The notes under the pieces are model-generated. The model made no database searches, was not told the origin of the DNA, and saw nothing but the letters and a program-made list of their open reading frames with translations. From contig CAWEYG010000006.1 in assembly GCA_963813155.1 (NCBI GenBank), positions 128,001-192,000 of the forward strand: a DNA stretch of 64,000 nt, written 5' to 3'. Source of the DNA: an uncultured Acidobacteriota bacterium (lineage in GTDB: Bacteria; Acidobacteriota; Thermoanaerobaculia; UBA5066; DATFVB01). The position numbers were made by a program, and so were the translations under genes. Of this stretch, positions 56,315-64,000 are shown piece by piece. Position 1 is the stretch's first letter. Each line of letters starts with the position of its first letter.

Positions 56315-56826
56315 CGGGTTGGGGCGCCTGGATCCGCGACGTGCCCGACTTTCCCTCGGTGGGAATTCTCTTTCGCGACCTGACGCCGCTGTGGGCGGAC
56401 CCGGCGGCGTTCGGCCGCGCGATCGATTCGCTCGCGGAGCCGTTCCGAAGCGAGAAAATCCAGAAAGTCGTCGGCATCGAGGCGCGCGGTTTCATTTTCG
56501 GGGCCGCCGTCGCGCGAGCGCTGGCGGCGGGATTCGTTCCCGCCCGCAAGCCGGGAAAGCTTCCGGGAGGGCGCCACCGGGTCGATTACGCTCTCGAGTA
56601 CGGCAGCGACGCGCTCGAGATCCACGTCGACGCCGTCGACGCGGGGGAACGGGTGCTCCTCATCGACGACGTGCTCGCGACGGGCGGCACCGCGCGGGCC
56701 GCGGCGGACCTCGTTCGGGTCTGCGGCGGCGACCTCGCCGGCATCGGCTTCTTCCTCGAGCTGACCGCCTTGAACGGCAGAGAACGGCTCGCTTCCGAGA
56801 GAGTCGAAAGTGTCGTCCGCCTCTAG
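56311..56826 (+). CDS. apt: Adenine phosphoribosyltransferase
   Basis: IRDVPDFP..GILFRD, EARGFIFG, RKPGKLP, LEYG, IDDVLATGGT. Confidence 0.96.
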   Translation: MTGWGAWIRDVPDFPSVGILFRDLTPLWADPAAFGRAIDSLAEPFRSEKIQKVVGIEARGFIFGAAVARALAAGFVPARKPGKLPGGRHRVDYALEYGSDALEIHVDAVDAGERVLLIDDVLATGGTARAAADLVRVCGGDLAGIGFFLELTALNGRERLASERVESVVRL

Positions 56827-58510
56827 CGACGCGAGTCCGCCCGGCGAACCCTCCGCGCCCGGGAAGGTGGCGCGAATCCTCGTCGTGGACGACGAGGAGG
56901 ACGTTCTCCAGCTCGTCCGGACGATCCTGGACGGGGACCGGTACGCGATCCTGACCGCGGGCGGCGGCGCCGAGGCGATCGAGATCGCGGTTCGGGAGAG
57001 ACCGGACCTGATCCTGCTCGACGTGATGATGCCGGAGATCTCGGGCTGGGAAGTGTGCTCGATGCTCAAGAACTCGGCCGCGACGCAGGGCATTCCGATC
57101 GTCATGCTCTCGGTCAAGAACGAGATCCGCGACATGATCACGTCGATGCAGGCGGGCGCGGACGACCACGTCACGAAGCCGTTTTCCCGCCGCAAGCTCG
57201 TCGCGACGATCCAGCGGCTGCTCGACCGGGAGGACCTGGCCGCTCCTCCTTTTCTTCCCTCGGCCGAAGAGCACTTCCGGAACAAGAAGCTCCTGTACGA
57301 CTCGGTCACCCGGCTTCCGACGATCACGATCGTCGTCGACGCCCTCCGGGACCGGCTGCACGGGCGGCGGGAGATGGGAATTCTCTACGTGGACGTCGAG
57401 AAGTACAGCCACATCGAGGACACGTACGGGTGGGAAGTCTTCGACGCGCTGATCCTGGAGACCTCGAAGACCCTGAAGCGGCTCGTCGGGACCCTGTTTT
57501 CCGCGCAGGACGTCGTCGCGATCAGCCGGCCCGCCGGATCCGAGTTCTACGTCTTCACCCAGCTCGAGGCCGGAGACGCTCCCGAAACGCGGCTCGCCGG
57601 CAAGGCCCGCCAGACGGAGGTCACCCTGCGGGAGGCGCTGGACGACCGCTTCCGCGAGCGAATCCACAAGCCGATCGGCGTCTTCGTCGGCCATGCGATG
57701 ATCCTTCCGACCCCGCAGATGCGCGTCGAGCGAGTCGTGTACCGCGCGCTCCGCGAGGCGATCCGGGTCGCGACGACGCGCGAGGAACAGCGCGCGAAGG
57801 AGCTGCGGCAGCTCTTCGGCGAGATCCTGGAAGGCCGCGCCATCCGCACGGTCCTGCAGCCCATTTTCCAGCTCGAAACGCTCGAGGTTTTCGGCCACGA
57901 GGCGTTGTCCCGCGGGCCGAAGGGCACGGCCTTCGAGAGCGCGGACCTGCTCTTCGAATACGCGATCAAAAACGAAGCGGTCTGGCAGCTCGAACGCCTC
58001 TGCGCGGAGTCGTCGGCCCGCCGGTTCGACGCGACCGCCGCGGGGCTCCTTTTCGTCAACATCGAAGCGGACGTGATGTCCTCTCTTCTCGACGGCGGCT
58101 CCGAGATCCTCGAATCCCTTCTCCGCAAGAAAGACCGGATCGTCCTCGAGGTGACGGAGCGGACCGCCATCCGCGACATCCCGCGGCTGCGAGCGTGCAT
58201 CGACGAGCTGCGAAGAAACGGGTTTCGGATCGCGCTCGACGACGCCGGATCGGGATTCGCTTCGCTGCAGGCGATCGCCGAGCTGCGGCCGAACTTCCTG
58301 AAGGTCGCCAACACGCTCGTGACCGGTCTCGCGAACGACCCGATCAAACGCGACATCGTGGAGATGCTGCTCCACGTCGCGCGGCGGATCGACGCAACCT
58401 GTGTCGCCGAAGGTATTGAAACGGAAGAGGATCTTCTCGAGTGCCGGCGCATCGGCATCCCCCTCGGGCAGGGGTACTTCCTCGGAATGCCCCAGGAGCC
58501 GTCCGCCTAG
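56810..58510 (+). CDS. Response regulator with degenerate GGDEF and an EAL phosphodiesterase domain
   Basis: REC (VVDD, LLDVMMP, KPF); GGDEF position reads AGSEF; HEALSRG, EVTE, LDDAGSG, AEGIET, QGY. Confidence 0.92.
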   Translation: MSSASSDASPPGEPSAPGKVARILVVDDEEDVLQLVRTILDGDRYAILTAGGGAEAIEIAVRERPDLILLDVMMPEISGWEVCSMLKNSAATQGIPIVMLSVKNEIRDMITSMQAGADDHVTKPFSRRKLVATIQRLLDREDLAAPPFLPSAEEHFRNKKLLYDSVTRLPTITIVVDALRDRLHGRREMGILYVDVEKYSHIEDTYGWEVFDALILETSKTLKRLVGTLFSAQDVVAISRPAGSEFYVFTQLEAGDAPETRLAGKARQTEVTLREALDDRFRERIHKPIGVFVGHAMILPTPQMRVERVVYRALREAIRVATTREEQRAKELRQLFGEILEGRAIRTVLQPIFQLETLEVFGHEALSRGPKGTAFESADLLFEYAIKNEAVWQLERLCAESSARRFDATAAGLLFVNIEADVMSSLLDGGSEILESLLRKKDRIVLEVTERTAIRDIPRLRACIDELRRNGFRIALDDAGSGFASLQAIAELRPNFLKVANTLVTGLANDPIKRDIVEMLLHVARRIDATCVAEGIETEEDLLECRRIGIPLGQGYFLGMPQEPSA

Positions 58511-58557
58511 CCTCCCCCGCACGCCCGCCCGGGGCGGCCCCCGTTTCCGCGGGGGTT

Positions 58558-58573
58558 CGGTACATTTCTTGCA
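58558..58573 (+). promoter_or_regulatory. Sigma54-type promoter
   Basis: CGGTAC-ATTTC-TTGCA, GG-N10-GC, upstream of the kinase SD AAGGAG. Confidence 0.62.
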
Positions 58574-58654
58574 TCTCCCGGCTGAAAATCGGAATGAGGA
58601 CGCGGGAACGATCTCAGGTAGTTTGGACGCGATCTCTTTGAGAAGGAGTGATCG

Positions 58655-61600
58655 ATGCAAACTCGCGGAGAAACATCCACGACGCGGCGGGGCGCAACGG
58701 CGGGCGCCGTCGCGGGGATCGGCCGGCCGGCCGAGCGGGCGGCCGAGCGCCGGGTCGACCAGCGCCGCCTCCTAACCGCGCTGACCCGGTTTCGGAAGGG
58801 CGATTTTTCGGTCCGGCTGCCCGACACCTGGACCGGGGAGGCGGCGAAGATCGCCGACTCGTTCAACGACATCGCGGAGTTGAACGAGCGGATGGCCGCG
58901 GAGCTCGCGCGCATGGCGCGGGTCGTCGGAAAAGAGGGAAAGATCCTGCAGCGGGCGTCCCTCGGCGACGTGCGCGGCGGCTGGCATGCGTCGATCGACT
59001 GCGTGAACAGCCTGATCGGCGACCTCGTGCATCCGACGAGCGAGACGGCCCGCGTGATCGGCGCCGTCGCGAAGGGCGACCTCTCGCAGAGCATGGCGCT
59101 CGAAAAAGAGGGGCGCGCGCTGGAAGGCGAGTTCCTCCGCACCGCGACGACCGTCAACACGATGGTGGACCAGCTGTCGTCCTTCGCCGCCGAGGTGACG
59201 CGCGTCGCGCGCGAAGTGGGAACGGAAGGCAAGCTGGGCGGCCAGGCGAAGGTCCGGGGCGTGGCCGGCACGTGGAAGGACCTGACCGACAACGTGAACC
59301 TGATGGCGGGCAACCTGACCGGCCAGGTCCGCAACATCGCGGCCGTGACGACGGCGCTCGCGAAGGGCGACCTCACGAAGAAGATCACCGTCGACGTCCG
59401 GGGCGAATTCCTCGAGCTCAAGAACACGGTCAACACGATGGTGGACCAGCTCTCGTCGTTCGCGGCGGAGGTGACGCGCGTCGCGCGCGAGGTCGGCACG
59501 GAAGGCAAGCTCGGCGGCCAGGCGGACGTGCGCGGCGTGGCGGGCACGTGGAAAGATCTGACGGACTCGGTCAACTCGATGGCGGGCAACCTGACCGCGC
59601 AGGTGCGAAACATCGCGGACGTGACGACGGCCGTCGCGAACGGCGACCTCTCGAGAAAAGTCACGGTGGACGTCAAGGGCGAGATCCTCGAGCTGAAAGA
59701 CAAGATCAACACGATGGTGGACCAGCTGCGGTCGTTCGCGTCGGAGGTGACGCGCGTCGCACGCGAGGTGGGAACGGAAGGGCAAGCTCGGCGGCCAGGC
59801 GAGGGTCGAAGGCGTGTCGGGCACCTGGAAGGACCTCACGGACAACGTGAACTCGATGGCGGGCAACCTCACGGGCCAGGTGCGAAATATCGCAGAGGTC
59901 ACGACCGCCGTCGCGAACGGCGATCTCTCCAAGAAGATCACGGTCGACGTCGAAGGAGAAATCCTCGAGCTCAAAGACACGATCAACACGATGGTGGACC
60001 AGCTCTCCTCTTTCGCCTCGGAGGTGACGCGCGTCGCGCGCGAGGTGGGAACGGAAGGGAAACTGGGCGGCCAGGCGCAGGTCAAGGGCGTGGCCGGAAC
60101 GTGGAAAGATCTGACCGACAACGTGAACTTCATGGCCGGCAACCTGACCGGCCAGGTGCGAAACATCGCGGACGTGACGAAGGCCGTCGCGAACGGCGAC
60201 CTCTCGCGCAAGATCACGGTGGACGTGAAGGGCGAGATCCTCGAGCTCAAGAACACGGTCAACACGATGGTCGACCAGCTCTCGTCGTTCGCGGCGGAGG
60301 TGACCCGCGTCGCGCGCGAAGTCGGAACGGAAGGCAAGCTCGGCGGCCAGGCGGACGTGCGCGGCGTGGCGGGCACGTGGAAAGATCTGACGGACTCGGT
60401 CAACTCGATGGCGGGCAACCTGACCGCCCAGGTGCGAAACATCGCCGAGGTGACGACGGCCGTCGCGAACGGCAACCTCTCCAAGAAAATCACGGTGGAC
60501 GTGAAGGGCGAGATCCTCGAGCTGAAAGACACGATCAACACGATGGTGGACCAGCTGCGGTCGTTCGCGTCCGAGGTGACGCGCGTCGCGCGCGAGGTGG
60601 GCACCGAAGGCCGGCTCGGCGGACAGGCCTACGTTCCCGGCGTCGCCGGCACGTGGAAGGACCTGACCGACAACGTGAACTTCATGGCCGGCAACCTGAC
60701 CGGCCAGGTGCGAAACATCGCGGACGTGACGAAGGCCGTTGCGAGCGGCGACCTCACGAAGAAGATCACGGTGGACGTGAAGGGCGAGATCCTCGAGCTC
60801 AAGAACACGGTCAACACGATGGTGGACCAGCTTTCGTCGTTCGCTTCCGAGGTGACGCGCGTCGCGCGCGAGGTGGGCACGGAAGGCAAGCTCGGCGGCC
60901 AGGCGGAGGTGGTCGGAGTCTCGGGGACCTGGAAAGACCTCACGGACAACGTGAATTTCATGGCGGGCAATCTCACCGGGCAGGTGCGCGGCATCGCGCG
61001 CGTCGTGACCGCCGTCGCGAACGGGGACCTCACGCGCCAGCTGACGGTCGACGCGAAAGGGGAGATCGCGGCGCTCGCGGACACGATCAACAACATGATC
61101 GACACGCTCGCGACGTTCGCGGACCAGGTGACGAGCGTCGCGCGCGAGGTGGGAGTCGAGGGCAAGCTCGGCGGCCAGGCGAGCGTGCCCGGCGCCGCGG
61201 GAATCTGGAAGGACCTGACCGACAACGTCAACCAGCTCGCCGCGAACCTCACGACCCAGGTCCGCGCGATCGCGGAGGTCGCGACCGCCGTGACGAAGGG
61301 CGACCTCACACGGTCGATCAACGTCGCCGCCCTCGGCGAGGTCGCGGCCCTCAAGGACAACATCAACGAGATGATCCGCAACCTCAAGGACACGACGCTC
61401 AAGAACAGCGAACAGGACTGGTTGAAGACGAACCTCGCGAAGTTCTCCCGGATGCTCCAGGGGCAGCGCGATCTGCTCACCGTCGGCCGCCTGATCCTTT
61501 CGGAGCTCGCGCCAGTCGTCTCGGCGCAACAGGGCGTCTTCTACACGCTGGACACGTCGGGCGAGCAGCCCGACCTGCGCCTGCTCGCGAGCTACGCGAC

Positions 61601-64000
61601 GACGCAGCGAAAGCCGGTCCTCGAGCTCGGCGAGGGTCTCATCGGGCAGTGCGCCGTGGAGAATCAGAAGATCCTGCTGCCGCGCGTGCCGCACGACTAC
61701 ATCCATATTTCTTCCGGGCTCGGCGAAGCGGCTCCCCTGAATGTCATCGTGCTCCCGGTCGTGTTCGAGGGACAGGTCAAAGCCGTGCTCGAGCTCGCGA
61801 CGTTCGAAGGGTTCAACCCGACCCACCAGGCGTTTCTCGACCAGCTGATGGAATCGATCGGCATCGTGTTGAACACGATCGAGGCGAACACGCGGACGGA
61901 GACCCTCCTCGGCCAGTCGCAGTCGCTCGCCCGCGAGCTGCAGCACCGGCAGGAAGAGCTTCAGCAGACGAACCAGGAGCTCGAAGAAAAGGCCGGCCTG
62001 CTCGCCGAGCAGAACGCGGAGGTCGAACGCAAGAACCAGGAGGTCGAACAGGCCCGCCAGGCGCTGGAGGAGAAGGCGAAGCAGCTGGCTCTGACGTCGA
62101 AGTACAAGTCGGAATTCCTCGCGAACATGTCCCACGAGCTGCGGACGCCGCTGAACTCGCTGCTGATCCTCTCCGACCAGCTCACCCGCAACCACGATGG
62201 AAACCTGACGCCGAAGCAGATGGAATTCGCGAAGACGATCCATTCGGCCGGCAACGACCTGCTGAACCTGATCAATGACATTCTCGACCTCTCGAAGATC
62301 GAGTCGGGAACGGTCGTCATCGACGCGGGCGAGCTGCGGTTCACGGACCTTCAGAGCTACGTGGACCGGACGTTCCGGCACGTGGCCGAAGCGAAGGGCG
62401 TCGGGTTCGACATCGCGATCGGCCCGAATCTGCCGCGCGGGATCGTGACGGACTCCAAGCGCCTCCAGCAGATCCTGAAAAACCTCCTCTCGAACGCGTT
62501 CAAGTTCACGGAGCGCGGGCGGCGTTCGGCTGGAGATCAATCGCGCCTACAGCGGGTGGAGCGGCGAGAAGGAACGGTTGAACGCCGCCCGCATGGCGGT
62601 CGCGATCTCCGTGTCGGACTCGGGCATCGGCATCGCGCGCGACAAGCAGCAGATCATCTTCGAGGCGTTCCAGCAGGCCGACGGCAGCACGAGCCGCAAG
62701 TACGGCGGCACGGGGCTGGGCCTGACGATCAGCCGCGAGATCGCGAAGCTCCTCGGCGGCGAGATCACGATCGAAAGCACCCCGGGCGAAGGAAGCCGCT
62801 TCACGCTCTACATCCCGGACACGTACGTGGCGGGGAAGGCCCCGCACCGTCCCGAGAGCGAGGCGTCGCAGGCGGCAGGAGCGGTGGCGGTGATGTCGGA
62901 CCTGAACGCCGTTCGGGGCGCCGAGGTCGAAGAGGCCCCGGCGGCCGTGGCGGACGACCGGGAATCGATCCAGCCGGGCGACCGCGTGATCCTGATCGTC
63001 GAAAACGACGAGAACTTCTCGCGGTTCCTGCTCGACCTTGCCCGCGAGAAGGGATTCCGGGGCATCGTGACGGCGAGCGGGGCGGAGGCGGTCTCGCTCG
63101 CCCGCGAACGGCGTCCGGACGCGATCACGCTGGACATCGAGCTGCCCGACATCGACGGTTGGAGGGTCCTCGACCGGCTGAAGAACGATTTCGCGACGCG
63201 GCACATCCCCGTCTACGTCATCACGACCGAGGAGGAAGGCCAGCGCGGCATCGTCCTCGGAGCGTTCGCCACGCTCCTCAAGCCGATTCCGAACCGGGAG
63301 ATCCTGGACGACGCGTTCTCGAGGATCAGCGCGTTCCTCGAGAAGCCGGCGAAGTCGTTGCTCGTCGTCGCCCGGACCGAATCCGCCCGCCGGGAAATCG
63401 CGTCTCTGTGCGAATCGTCCGACGTCGTCGTCGTCGACGCGGAGCCCGGCCCCGCGGCCGCCGAGCTTCTCGAGAAAGGCTTCGACTGCGTCGTGATCGC
63501 GCCCTCGGGCCAGGACCGGGAAGAGCAGAGCTTCGCTTCGGAAGCGATCGCTCTCTGCGAGTCGCGCGGCACCCCGCTCATCCTCTTTTCTTCCGGCGCG
63601 GCGACCTCCGGCGAGGCGGACCCGATCGAGTCCCTCGCGCACGGCCATCTCGTCAAACACGTTCGATCCGCCGAGCGCCTCGTCGAGCAGTCGGCGCTTT
63701 TTCTTCACCGGAGGATGGCCGAAATGCCGGCCGCTCAGCGCTCGACGATCGAGAAGTTGTGCGAGTCCGAGACCGTCCTCGCGGGAAAGAGGGCGCTGAT
63801 CGTCGACGACGACATCCGGAACATCTTCGCGCTCACGAGCGTTCTCGAGCGGCACCGGATGGACGTGGACGCGGCCGAAACGGGGGCGGCGGCGATCGAG
63901 AAGCTGGACAAGAACCCCGGGATCGACGTCGTGCTCATGGACATCATGATGCCCGACATGGACGGATACGAGACGATCCGCGCGATCCGGAAGCACGCGC
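58655..64000 (+). CDS. Poly-HAMP hybrid histidine kinase (HAMPn-GAF-HisKA-HATPase-multiple REC); 3' partial; indels near 59782 and 62520
   Basis: ~92 aa repeats [30 protein letters not shown]; [14 protein letters not shown]; [14 protein letters not shown]; DSGIGI; YGGTGLGL; REC domains ending [12 protein letters not shown]. Confidence 0.94.

Overview
High-GC bacterial chromosomal window, probably Acidobacteriota (Thermoanaerobaculia-like; inferred from gene content). Many single-base indels break otherwise intact essential genes, which looks like long-read consensus error, so several fused or split ORFs in the supplied track are artefacts. In order: (1) lower-GC secreted proteins (BNR and FG-GAP repeats); (2) a Rex-operator-controlled complex I operon nuoA-E-F-G-H-J-K-L-M-N-rex that lacks nuoB/C/D/I; (3) PPIase, M48 peptidase and a MazF-type TA pair; (4) a GT2/deacetylase/FabD-FabG-ACP-dehydratase cluster; (5) tRNA-Leu(CAG), rnr, der, MerR regulator and tRNA-Pro(GGG); (6) an ABC exporter, a polyprenol-P-sugar synthase-like GT2 and four tandem GT-C + TPR membrane proteins, converging on amino-sugar genes and two paralogous secreted collagen-like proteins, one (Gly-X-Ser)n and one (Gly-X-Thr)n; (7) queD-surE-pcm-acylphosphatase-apt, a REC-GGDEF-EAL protein and a poly-HAMP hybrid kinase. 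The strongest novelty candidate is block 6, a possible TMTC-like protein O-glycosylation system for bacterial collagens. Next are two dispersed intergenic hairpin families with compensatory base changes.
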